From the NCBI GenBank assembly GCA_965198835.1, contig OZ240675.1, positions 534,328 to 598,327 of the forward strand: a DNA stretch of 64,000 nt. The letters are read 5' to 3'. This DNA is from Acidocella sp. Its GTDB lineage: Bacteria; Pseudomonadota; Alphaproteobacteria; Acetobacterales; Acetobacteraceae. This document shows, in pieces, positions 1 through 8,466 of the stretch; the first letter of the stretch is position 1; each line of letters begins with the position of its first letter. The position numbers were made by a program, and so were the translations under genes. The notes beneath the pieces were generated by a model. That model was not told where the DNA came from. It made no database searches and saw nothing but the letters and a program-made list of their open reading frames with translations.

Positions 1-272
1 GGCTCGCCCGCATAAACATCCAAGTCGATCGCGGCCGATCTTGCCTGAGCGCCAGGCCGCGACAAGCGCCGCTCGATTATGGCAGCCATGCCAGCTCCCA
101 ACTTTCACGCATTATCGGAACTTCAGGCGTCCTCGAAGTCGCGAGCATTCGTTCTTCACCCGAGCTTGATCCAAATAAACAGGCTACTCACGCCTTATCC
201 GTTCTTGGCTTCACAACATCGCGGCGCCAGATAAACCCAAGCAGCCAAGTCGCGTCAGCTAGTGCAGCTGGA

Positions 273-1022
273 TCAGGCGACTTCCCGAGCGCTTTCCGCG
301 GTTGCCGGCAACGCCGGCTTCTGCGGTGCAAACGTGGCGGAATCCTGCCGATGGTCGATCACCATATAGCCACGCCCCCAATTGGTCTCGATAAAATCGT
401 CGACACCCATTGACTGCAGTTTTTTGCGGATTTTGCAGATGAAAACATCGATTATCTTAGGATTAGGCTCGTCAAGTCCGCCGTAAAGATGGTCAAGGAT
501 CGCCTCCTTGCTCAGGACCGCACCTTTGCGGAGGGCAAGAATTTCGGCAATTTGATATTCTTTCTTGGTCAGCGTAACAGGCTTGCCCTTCGCAAAAATC
601 TTCTTCGCATTCATGTTGATTTCGACAGAGCCGATACAGAGCGAATTGTCCTGAAAGCCGCGGCTGCGGCGGATCAGGTTCTGCATCTTCATAAACACCT
701 CTTCATGCGACAGCGCATTGACGATCAGATCGTCTGCGCCGGCCTGCAATATCCGCAGCCGGGCTGCCTCGGTCATCGATCGCGCGACCGCGACAATAGG
801 TGCTCGCACCTTTGCCAGGCGCAACTTGCGGATCAGCTCCACCTCACCCGGCCGATCTTCAGAAAGCCGCAATAAGATAGTATCATATTCGTAGAACTTG
901 ATGAGATCGAGCACTTCTTCGCCATCATTTGTCTCATCAACGATAGCGAGCCTCGACCGCAAGAAAGGCGTCAGTAAGTCCGTTTTATTGAGAAACGTCT
1001 CAAAAGATAAAATTTTCATCAC
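273..1022 (-). CDS. CtrA/OmpR-family winged-helix regulator with degenerate (pseudo) receiver domain
   Basis: 249-aa ORF. C-terminal half (LTKKEYQIAEILALRKG, KIIDVFICKIRKKL, WGRGYMV) closely resembles the CtrA DNA-binding domain. The N-terminal ~120 aa has receiver length and spacing but lacks the acidic pair, the acceptor Asp (ILLRLSEDRPG), the T/S and the K. Confidence 0.85.
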   Translation of the reverse strand: MMKILSFETFLNKTDLLTPFLRSRLAIVDETNDGEEVLDLIKFYEYDTILLRLSEDRPGEVELIRKLRLAKVRAPIVAVARSMTEAARLRILQAGADDLIVNALSHEEVFMKMQNLIRRSRGFQDNSLCIGSVEINMNAKKIFAKGKPVTLTKKEYQIAEILALRKGAVLSKEAILDHLYGGLDEPNPKIIDVFICKIRKKLQSMGVDDFIETNWGRGYMVIDHRQDSATFAPQKPALPATAESAREVA

Positions 1023-1065
1023 CTTACTCCTTTAGATTGTGCCAATCTACAACCACAAGAAGAAG

Positions 1066-1086
1066 TTGTCAATATTTTTGTCAATA
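1066..1086. promoter_or_regulatory. Direct repeat TTGTCAATA-N3-TTGTCAATA in AT-rich divergent promoter
   Basis: Two identical 9-mers at 1066-1074 and 1078-1086, 12 bp start to start. They sit in the only strongly AT-rich stretch between the divergent genes 273..1022(-) and 1240..2007(+). Confidence 0.3.
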
Positions 1087-1239
1087 AAATCATTATGCTG
1101 TCTAATAAACAAGACGGTATGTAACTATAAATACGTATTTCGGATCGTTATCTGGTCTCTGCTCATGCTTGTTTGACTGGACACCGATCCGGCGTGGATG
1201 CCACAATCCTTGCGACAAGTTGCTGGCTGGGAGTTGAGA

Positions 1240-2007
1240 ATGAAACACAACATCACCGGCACCACGATGCCCGTGCTGCAAATCGGACTTGACCCGGGGG
1301 AGAAAATCATCGCCGAGCCGGGGGAATTCTCCTGGATGAGCGACAACATTCAACTGCATACAACCACGCAAACCGCTGGCGCCCGCGGCCTCTTTGGTGC
1401 GATCGGCCGGGCGCTTTCAGGCGGCGGTCTGTTCATGACCGAGTATGTTGCATTGGGTGGCCCAGGCCTGGTCGCCTTCGCCGCAAAAGTTCCCGGCACC
1501 ATTCATCAGGTCGATGTTCCAGCCGGTCAAAGCTACATGATTCACAAACACGGCTTTCTCTGCGCAACCGAGGGTGTCAACCTCTCGATCGGCTTCCAGC
1601 GCCAGCTCGGCGCCGGCTTATTCGGCGGCAACGGTTTCATCATGCAGCGGCTCCAGGGGCCTTGCTCAGCCTTCATCGAGCTCGGCGGCGAAACCGTCAT
1701 CTACGATCTGCGCCCCGGCGAGTCGATTCAGGTACATCCCGGCCATATCGGCATGTTTCAAGATACAGTACATTTTGATATCGTACTGATGCGCGGCATC
1801 CGGAACGCGATTTTCGGCGCCGACGGGCTTTTCATTGGCCGGCTTACCGGGCCCGGCAAAGTATGGCTGCAAAGCATGACGATCCCCAACCTCGCCCACG
1901 CCCTATCGCCCTATCTCGGCGGCGAACAAGCCGTTTCAACGGCCACCGGCGTCACCGGCGGCATGGTTGCAGGCAGCATCTTTAACGATATCTTCGGCCG
2001 GAATTAA
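1240..2007 (+). CDS. TIGR00266/AIM24 (DUF124) family protein
   Basis: ORF 1198..2007 with the start moved to ATG 1240 (MKHNITG). Family-typical motifs LGAGLFGGNGFIMQRLQG and GLFIGRLTGPGKVWLQSM. Confidence 0.8.
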   Translation: MKHNITGTTMPVLQIGLDPGEKIIAEPGEFSWMSDNIQLHTTTQTAGARGLFGAIGRALSGGGLFMTEYVALGGPGLVAFAAKVPGTIHQVDVPAGQSYMIHKHGFLCATEGVNLSIGFQRQLGAGLFGGNGFIMQRLQGPCSAFIELGGETVIYDLRPGESIQVHPGHIGMFQDTVHFDIVLMRGIRNAIFGADGLFIGRLTGPGKVWLQSMTIPNLAHALSPYLGGEQAVSTATGVTGGMVAGSIFNDIFGRN

Positions 2008-2426
2008 GCCATTCCCAGCCGGGGCATCTCGATCGCCGGGCACCGGTCCATCACGACCGTCAGGCCGGCCGCCCGTGCAGCTTCCGCAACCTCTTCATTC
2101 ACCACGCCGAGCTGCATCCATATCGTCTTGGCGCCCAGCCGTAGCGCCTCCGCAACCGGCGGCCCAACATCCGCTGCGTTGCGGAACAGATCCACCATGT
2201 CCAACGGCCCTGCTTCCTGCAACGACGCCACCACAAGCCGGCCAAACAATTCCTGTCCTGCAAGCCCGGGATTAACCGGCACCACGTCAAAACCCTTCGC
2301 CAGCAGGAACCGCATCACGCCATAGGACGCGCGCCCCGGCTTGTTCGATGCACCAACCAGGGCAATGCGCTTGGTTGCCGTCAACACCTCTCTGATCCGC
2401 GCGTCGCTCAACCCGTCTTGGCTCAT
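2004..2426 (-). CDS. CoA-binding domain protein (YccU/YneT-like)
   Basis: 140 aa with KRIALVGASNKPGRASYGV, GFDVVPVNP and TIWMQLG. Its stop overlaps the convergent neighbour's stop within TTAA at 2004-2007. Confidence 0.8.
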   Translation of the reverse strand: MSQDGLSDARIREVLTATKRIALVGASNKPGRASYGVMRFLLAKGFDVVPVNPGLAGQELFGRLVVASLQEAGPLDMVDLFRNAADVGPPVAEALRLGAKTIWMQLGVVNEEVAEAARAAGLTVVMDRCPAIEMPRLGMA

Positions 2427-2473
2427 TTGGCGTCTCTCTTTCCCTTCGCCGCCTACCCGGTTAGACGCACTGC

Positions 2474-4057
2474 ATGAAAAAAGGTCTGTCCGCGTGCGCC
2501 GTTTTGAGTCTGCTCGGGTTGTTCATGTGGCACCTGCCAAACCAGCCGCAAGCCGCAGGCATCACCCTGCCAGGTGCCAAGTTCAACTCCTTGTCCTATG
2601 CCCCCTATCAAGCCTGGCAATCGCCGCTCTCGAAATCATATCCAACCGGCAAACAAGTCGCCGCCGACCTCAAGCTCATCGCCGGGCAAGCCAACGGCAT
2701 CCGGACCTATTCCTCGATCGAGGGCAATTACGACATCGGCGCGCTCGCCAAACAAGCTGACCTGAAAGTCTGGCTCGGGATCTGGCTCAGCGCCAACCCT
2801 GCCGATAATAGCAAGGAGATCGCCGCCGGCATTGCCGAGGCCAATGCCCATCCTGATACCATCACGCGCGTGATTGTCGGCAACGAGGTCCTGCTGCGCC
2901 GCGATCTTTCGGTCGATGCCCTCACGGCGGACATCGATTACGTCCGTGCTCGCGTCAAGCAACCGGTGGCCTATGCCGATGTCACCGACTTCTGGAAAAA
3001 ATTCCCGCAGGTCGCCCCCCATGTCGACATCGTTATGATCCATTTTCTGCCCTATTGGGAGGACAAGCCGCTCGACGTCGACGCGGCGATCGCCAATATC
3101 AAATCCACCACCGAAGGATTCAAAACCCTGTTTCCCGGCAAGACAATCTCGATCGGTGAAACCGGCTGGCCCTCGCGCGGCCGCTGGCGCAAAGCCGCCG
3201 CCCCTTCCCGCGTCAATGAAGCGGTTTTTCTCCGCCAATTCGTTACGTTGGCAGATCAGGAAGATGTCGACTACAACCTCATCGAAGCTTTCGATCAGCC
3301 CTGGAAATATGAAGACGAAGGCGTGGCGGGGGCGAACTGGGGCATATGGAACGACCACCGCGTGCAGAAATTTCCGTTGAACGGCGGCGTCGTCGAACAT
3401 CCGGATTGGCCGTGGTATGCCATCCTGGGCGCGCTCTCCGGCACATTGCTCTTTGCCAGCACCGGCTTTCGCAATATCCGGCTTGCCGTTCCATCCTTCA
3501 TGCTCGGCAACGGCTTTGCGATTGCCTGCGCCGGCACCCTGCCGATGCTCTATGATAACTGGCTTATCCTTGACGCCATCGTTAACCTGCCCTTGCAGGC
3601 GATTTTCGCTTTCCGCATCATCGCCCGCGCCGACGCGATTTTCGCCGGCAGAACGCTACCGGCCCACACGCCGGCGGCCACCACTTTCGCGGCGCTTCGG
3701 CGGGGCCGGCTCATGCTCAACTACGATTCGCTCTGGACCGTTTTCCTGACCGGCGCAGCGATCTTTCAAGTGATGCTGCTGTTTGACGGCCGCTATCGCG
3801 ACGCCCCGATGCCGGCCTTCATCATCCCCGTCATCGCCGCCGTTTTCCGCTTCTGGACCAAAGACAAACCATTGCCGCTGGCCTGGGAAGATCTGCTCGC
3901 CGCCAATGTTCTTGCCCCTGCCGCCCTTGCCAGCGCCATCGTGGAAGGCGCGAACAACCTGGATTTCATCACCTGGAGCGTCGCAGCCCTCATCCTGGCC
4001 GCTCCCATCCTCATCATTCAAGATCGCAGAACCCCTGGAAGAAGGCGGCTGCGTTAG
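2474..4057 (+). CDS. GH17-domain membrane protein (NdvC-like beta-(1-6) glucan synthase architecture)
   Basis: 527 aa. Signal-like N-terminus, glycoside hydrolase 17-like motifs (VIVGNEVLLRRD, ISIGETGWPS), then a C-terminal half made of hydrophobic helices. Confidence 0.7.
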   Translation: MKKGLSACAVLSLLGLFMWHLPNQPQAAGITLPGAKFNSLSYAPYQAWQSPLSKSYPTGKQVAADLKLIAGQANGIRTYSSIEGNYDIGALAKQADLKVWLGIWLSANPADNSKEIAAGIAEANAHPDTITRVIVGNEVLLRRDLSVDALTADIDYVRARVKQPVAYADVTDFWKKFPQVAPHVDIVMIHFLPYWEDKPLDVDAAIANIKSTTEGFKTLFPGKTISIGETGWPSRGRWRKAAAPSRVNEAVFLRQFVTLADQEDVDYNLIEAFDQPWKYEDEGVAGANWGIWNDHRVQKFPLNGGVVEHPDWPWYAILGALSGTLLFASTGFRNIRLAVPSFMLGNGFAIACAGTLPMLYDNWLILDAIVNLPLQAIFAFRIIARADAIFAGRTLPAHTPAATTFAALRRGRLMLNYDSLWTVFLTGAAIFQVMLLFDGRYRDAPMPAFIIPVIAAVFRFWTKDKPLPLAWEDLLAANVLAPAALASAIVEGANNLDFITWSVAALILAAPILIIQDRRTPGRRRLR

Positions 4058-4142
4058 GGCTGATCCGCCGACCGGAAACAGCCTGTGGATTGAGAGCCGC
4101 GCCGGGCGTGAGCGGAGTTGGCGGGACGCCCGACTATGCCGA

Positions 4143-4817
4143 CTACTCGGTCTCGAATACCGGCGCCAAAGCCTCGGCTGCTGGTGCCTGGCTTAGCATC
4201 TCGATCCGGCCGGTTATTTGGCCGCCATCTTCCACCTGCAGCCTGCGGCAGCGCGCGGTGCCCAGCACCCGGCCGGTTGCCCGGATGATCAGCGCGTTGC
4301 GGGCGGTCAGGGTGCCATCGATCGTTCCGGCCACCTCCGCTTCATCGACTTCAACTTCGCCCTTGAACACACCGCCATGGGCGATGGACAACTCCGCCAG
4401 ACCATTGATCATCGCAGCTTCCACGGTGCCTTCGACAACCAGACGCTCGGCATCCTGTACTGTGCCCTGCACACTGATACCGCGGCCGACGACTAGCGTC
4501 CTCCGCTCTCCGCCGTCACGCGCCGGCGCTTCACTTGAAGTTTGAATCCCGGCCACCGGCGGGCGCAGCACAGCGCTCGGAGAAGGCGGAATAGCGGGCG
4601 AGAACGGTGAACGAGCCATTAAAGTCTCCTTGTTGAAAGCTTGCGGCATTTGCGCGAATTCCGGCGGCGTCGGCCGGAACGGTGGTACATCAAGCCCGTT
4701 ATCCTCTGGCACTTCGCGATCAAGCGTGCCGGTCTGCGGGCTTGAGAAGTCGAGTCTTGCCTCACGCGGCTTCAGCTCAACCGATTTTTCATCATCAGGC
4801 TTGCGGCGATTGAACAC
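4143..4817 (-). CDS. Bactofilin family cytoskeletal protein with long Pro-rich N-terminal extension
   Basis: The C-terminal ~110 aa show the repetitive beta-helix pattern (VVGRGISVQGTV..LVVEGTVEA..GGVFKGEVEVDEAEVAGTIDGTL..ITGRIEM). The N-terminal ~110 aa are low complexity and P-rich. Confidence 0.75.
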   Translation of the reverse strand: MFNRRKPDDEKSVELKPREARLDFSSPQTGTLDREVPEDNGLDVPPFRPTPPEFAQMPQAFNKETLMARSPFSPAIPPSPSAVLRPPVAGIQTSSEAPARDGGERRTLVVGRGISVQGTVQDAERLVVEGTVEAAMINGLAELSIAHGGVFKGEVEVDEAEVAGTIDGTLTARNALIIRATGRVLGTARCRRLQVEDGGQITGRIEMLSQAPAAEALAPVFETE

Positions 4818-4954
4818 GCGACCCCCTATCTGTTAAGGCCATTCATTTTTCTCAAGGCGCGGGCCTAGCATGCTCCCAGAGGTCGGGACAATCCGGCCTT
4901 TGTAAAAATCCTGCCACGATGCTAACCCGCCCGCCGCAGCTTGAAGGATCCTCT

Positions 4955-5938
4955 ATGCTCGAACCGCGCTTCGATCTTACCGGCATCGGCAATGCCATTG
5001 TCGATCTGCTGGCGCTCACCGATGACAGTTTTCTCTCCCGCTACAACATGCCCAAAGGCGGCATGACGCTGATCGATGCCGACACCGCGACGCGCCTTAC
5101 CCTTGCAATGCAGGATGGGCAGACCGCCTCCGGCGGATCGGTCGCCAATAGTTGCGCCGTGGCCGCAGCACTCGGCGCCCGCGTGGCGTTTCTGGGAAAG
5201 GTGGCGCGGGATGCGCTGGGCGATGCATTCCGCCGCGACATCACCGGGCTGGGCGTGCATTATCCAACCGAACCATCGACAGCCGGCGTGCCGACTGCGC
5301 GCTGCCTCATCCTGGTCACGCCCGACGGCCAGCGTACCATGAACACCTATCTTGGCGCCGGTGGAGAATTTTCGCTGAACGATCTGGATGAGACGGTGAT
5401 CGCGGCCTCCGCCATCACTTATCTGGAAGGTTATCTTTTCGATCCGCCGGCCGCTCAGGCCGCTTTCGCGGAAGCCGCGAAAATAGCCCGTGCCGCCGGC
5501 CGTAAAACCGCCCTCTCGCTCTCCGACCCCTTTTGTGTCGACCGCCACCGTGACGGCTTCCGCCGGCTTATCGCCGAGGGGATCGACATTCTTTTCGCTA
5601 ACGAAGCGGAAATCTGCAGTCTCTACCAGCGCAACGATTTCAAGCAGGCGGCGCAGGATGCCGCGGCGGATGTTAAATTGGCGGTACTCACCAAAGGCGA
5701 GGAAGGCAGCCTAATCCTGCATGGCGGCCAGCAAATTGCGGTTCCGGCAGTTCCAGCCACCGTTCTCGATACCACCGGGGCCGGCGATGCCTATGCCGCA
5801 GGATTTCTCACCGCTTTCGCGCAAGGCGCCACGTTGGCAGCGGCAGGCCATCTCGGTGCAAACGCCGCCGCTCTGGCCATCGCACAGATCGGCGCCCGAC
5901 CCTCCGCCAGCGCAATTAAGGCACTAAACCACGCCTGA
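4955..5938 (+). CDS. Adenosine kinase / PfkB-family carbohydrate kinase
   Basis: FDLTGIGNAIVDLLA at the N-terminus, the C-terminal DTTGAGDAYAAGF motif and NEAE. Start set at ATG 4955 inside ORF 4919..5938. Confidence 0.8.
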   Translation: MLEPRFDLTGIGNAIVDLLALTDDSFLSRYNMPKGGMTLIDADTATRLTLAMQDGQTASGGSVANSCAVAAALGARVAFLGKVARDALGDAFRRDITGLGVHYPTEPSTAGVPTARCLILVTPDGQRTMNTYLGAGGEFSLNDLDETVIAASAITYLEGYLFDPPAAQAAFAEAAKIARAAGRKTALSLSDPFCVDRHRDGFRRLIAEGIDILFANEAEICSLYQRNDFKQAAQDAAADVKLAVLTKGEEGSLILHGGQQIAVPAVPATVLDTTGAGDAYAAGFLTAFAQGATLAAAGHLGANAAALAIAQIGARPSASAIKALNHA

Positions 5939-6249
5939 TGCGGCTGACCGAAATTGCACCGTCGGATGCCTCCCCGACTTGTCGCCATCCTGCGATTCGC
6001 CATCTCACTATAGGGCGGCTATTTGGCGTCGACTTGCTCCGCCGCATTGATGACACCGTGCTGCGGGTTGGCGTCATCATCATTGGCAGCCCATTGACCA
6101 TCGCGCTTTTCATGGAGTCCTGAGCGCTTTCAAGGCAAAGCAAGGGCTGCTTCTTCTGCAGAAAAAGCACCGGGCCGCCGATGCGGCGAAAAGACTTTCG
6201 TTAGTCTGCAGCTGAGGCCAGTCTTCTCCAGCAACCCAAGGCCGGTCAT

Positions 6250-6540
6250 TCAATCCGTCTCGTTAAATCCCGCCTCGATCAATGCAGCGATGGCATCCAG
6301 CGCTTCCTTGGCATCGAAACCCTCGGCACTCAACACAACAAAACTGCCGGGCGCCGCGCCCAGCATCATCAGGCCCATAATGGACCGTGCGGAGACGGAC
6401 TGGCCGTCTTTTGCAACATCGACGGAGGCGCTGAATTTCTCGGCGAGGGTCACCAGCTTCGCGGCTGCGCGCGCATGCAAGCCTCGCCGGTTAACGATCT
6501 CGACCTCGCGTGTGATGACGGCACCACCATCATCACTCAT
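6250..6540 (-). CDS. ptsH: HPr/NPr phosphocarrier protein
   Basis: 96 aa with VEIVNRRGLHARAAAKLV (His-15 region) and SARSIMGLMMLGA (Ser-46 region). Confidence 0.9.
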   Translation of the reverse strand: MSDDGGAVITREVEIVNRRGLHARAAAKLVTLAEKFSASVDVAKDGQSVSARSIMGLMMLGAAPGSFVVLSAEGFDAKEALDAIAALIEAGFNETD

Positions 6541-6550
6541 CGCTTGTTAT

Positions 6551-6988
6551 TCATCCGGCCGCGCAGCGCGGTCCTCCACCCGGCAAGGCCGCAGTCTGCT
6601 GCACTTCGTGCCCTGAACAAATATATTTGCGGCCGGCGGCTTCTGCGCACCGCACCGCCTCCGCCAGCCCATAGCTACCGCGTATCTTCGCGAGCTTTAC
6701 GAGCATCGGCAGGTTGACTCCGCCGATCACTTCCACATCCTTCTCCCGCAGCATCGACATCGCGAGGTTGCTTGGCGTTCCACCGAACATATCCGTCAGC
6801 AGAATAACGCCATCGCCGCTATCCACCTCCGCCATGCGCGCTGCAATTTCGGTGCGTTGGCCTTCAAACTCCGCATCCGATTCGATGCATACCGTGGCGA
6901 GCGCCTTTTGCTTGCCGACCACATGTTCCATTGCATCCCGCAATGCGAGGGCAAGTGCCCCATGGGTAACCAGAACCATCCCGATCAT
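6551..6988 (-). CDS. PTS EIIA component, mannose family
   Basis: 145 aa with MIGMVLVTHG (active-site His) and ILLTDMFGGTPSN. Lies between rapZ and npr, as in alphaproteobacterial regulatory PTS loci. Confidence 0.85.
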   Translation of the reverse strand: MIGMVLVTHGALALALRDAMEHVVGKQKALATVCIESDAEFEGQRTEIAARMAEVDSGDGVILLTDMFGGTPSNLAMSMLREKDVEVIGGVNLPMLVKLAKIRGSYGLAEAVRCAEAAGRKYICSGHEVQQTAALPGGGPRCAAG

Positions 6989-6998
6989 CTATTCACGC

Positions 6999-7922
6999 TC
7001 ACTTCGTTGCGCCGCTCATTGTCTTGGTCCGAACTCCATCACCCGTCAGCGCCCCGGCCTTTTCCTGCTCGCGATGGGTAACGCCCATTTGCCATCCAGA
7101 ATGCCGTAAATGCGCCGCCAGCTTCTCAATCATAAAAACCGATCGATGCCGGCCACCCGTACACCCAATTGCGATCGTTGCATATTTTTTGCCTTCTTGC
7201 ACGAAGTGCGGCAAGACGAAATCAACCATGCCCTTTATATGGGCAAAATACGGAAGATAATTAGGGTCGGCCTCGATGAAGGCGCCTACCCTCGCATCAA
7301 GGCCGGTAAGCGGTCGAAGCATGGCCTCGTAATGCGGGTTTTTCAGAAACCTGGCATCAAAAACAATGTCGGCCTCGCGCGGCAAGCCTGAGGGAAAGGC
7401 GAAAGAGACGAGCGAGATCGAAATACCTGGTGAACCGGCGCCATATCGTTGTTCGACCAATTGCCGTAGCGAAAACAACGGAAGCGTCGAGGTGTCCACC
7501 AGAAGATCTGCCGCCTGGCGCAACCTGTCCGTCAACAGGCGCTCCAGCGCGATGCCTTCCGCCACCTGCCCGGTTTGCGCCAGAGGATGACGTCGCCGCG
7601 TCTCCGTATAGCGCCGAAGTAGAAATTCATCCTCCGCCACCGCGTAAACCAGTTCGGGTTGCAATCCAGAGTTTAACTTCAGCCGCTCCATCGTCTGGAG
7701 CACGGTGTCAGCGTCGAAGCCGCGCGATCTGGCATCGATGCCGATTGCAAGATCGCGTTCGCCGCGCACCACCAATTCCTCCAGGCTATGCAAGGGCGGG
7801 TTGTCCATCGTCTCAAAATTCAGGTCTTCAAGCGCTCGAAGGATCGAGTTCTTTCCCGCGCCTGAGAGGCCGGTAACCAGAACCACTCGAAGCTGCCGTT
7901 CGGACTCATTCATCGCCTGCAT
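6999..7922 (-). CDS. rapZ: RNase adapter protein RapZ (YhbJ)
   Basis: Walker A LVTGLSGAGKNS and C-terminal IAIGCTGGRHRSV. ATG 7922 lies 1 nt after the hprK stop. The ORF could extend to 7973. Confidence 0.9.
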   Translation of the reverse strand: MQAMNESERQLRVVLVTGLSGAGKNSILRALEDLNFETMDNPPLHSLEELVVRGERDLAIGIDARSRGFDADTVLQTMERLKLNSGLQPELVYAVAEDEFLLRRYTETRRRHPLAQTGQVAEGIALERLLTDRLRQAADLLVDTSTLPLFSLRQLVEQRYGAGSPGISISLVSFAFPSGLPREADIVFDARFLKNPHYEAMLRPLTGLDARVGAFIEADPNYLPYFAHIKGMVDFVLPHFVQEGKKYATIAIGCTGGRHRSVFMIEKLAAHLRHSGWQMGVTHREQEKAGALTGDGVRTKTMSGATK

Positions 7923-7923
7923 T

Positions 7924-8358
7924 TCACGTCGCAAACGCCCCGGCGACCTGCGAAACGCGCCCGCAGGCCGCATCCATCGCCAAATTCAGGCGTTCCACCG
8001 CAGAGATGGCTCCGGCATCGATGCTAACAACAGGCAGATTCAAAACCTCGTCGCGCGCCGGATGAGGCAGTCTTTCAATCGGCACACCCAGGCGCACCAC
8101 CAGCCGAAGCCGCGCAGATTGCAGAAAAGGCAGCCGAAACAGGCCCAGGCCGCGAACCTCCAATACGCCTGCAAGGCGCGCCGGCGCTGCCGCAATGCCT
8201 GAGATTATGTCGACCTGATCGTCAGCCACCAGACCCCAGCCGGCATGCATCAACCGCAGCACCATGTCGGACTTTCCGGTGCCGCTCGCACCGGTCAGAA
8301 GCGCGGCATCGTAGCCATTCGGCCCAGGGCGGGCGGCACAGGAAGCATTGGAGCGCAT
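7924..8358 (-). CDS. hprK: HPr kinase/phosphorylase, short alphaproteobacterial form (C-terminal domain only)
   Basis: 144 aa with LLTGASGTGKSD (P-loop), LVADDQVDI and LEVRGLGLF. Confidence 0.85.
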   Translation of the reverse strand: MRSNASCAARPGPNGYDAALLTGASGTGKSDMVLRLMHAGWGLVADDQVDIISGIAAAPARLAGVLEVRGLGLFRLPFLQSARLRLVVRLGVPIERLPHPARDEVLNLPVVSIDAGAISAVERLNLAMDAACGRVSQVAGAFAT

Positions 8359-8466
8359 GACAGTCAGATTGTGACAAAGTTTTTAAGATAACGGAAGAAG
8401 TGTTTCATGACGTGCGAGGGGCAACGGCGAAGTGAGGTCAATTCAGCCCGCGAAGAAGTCCGGTGT

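Noticed and set aside
1-89. Possible 5' end of a minus-strand gene leaving the window (MAAIIERRLSRPGAQARSAAIDLDVYAGE)
   Set aside because: Only 29 codons are visible and nothing is recognisable. This is too little to support a feature.
5939-6249. Small ORFs 5916..6170 (-) and 5938..6123 (+) between the adenosine kinase and npr genes
   Set aside because: Both have weak codon bias and low-complexity products with no start or RBS support. The region more likely just holds a family-B-like terminator hairpin (6147..6170).
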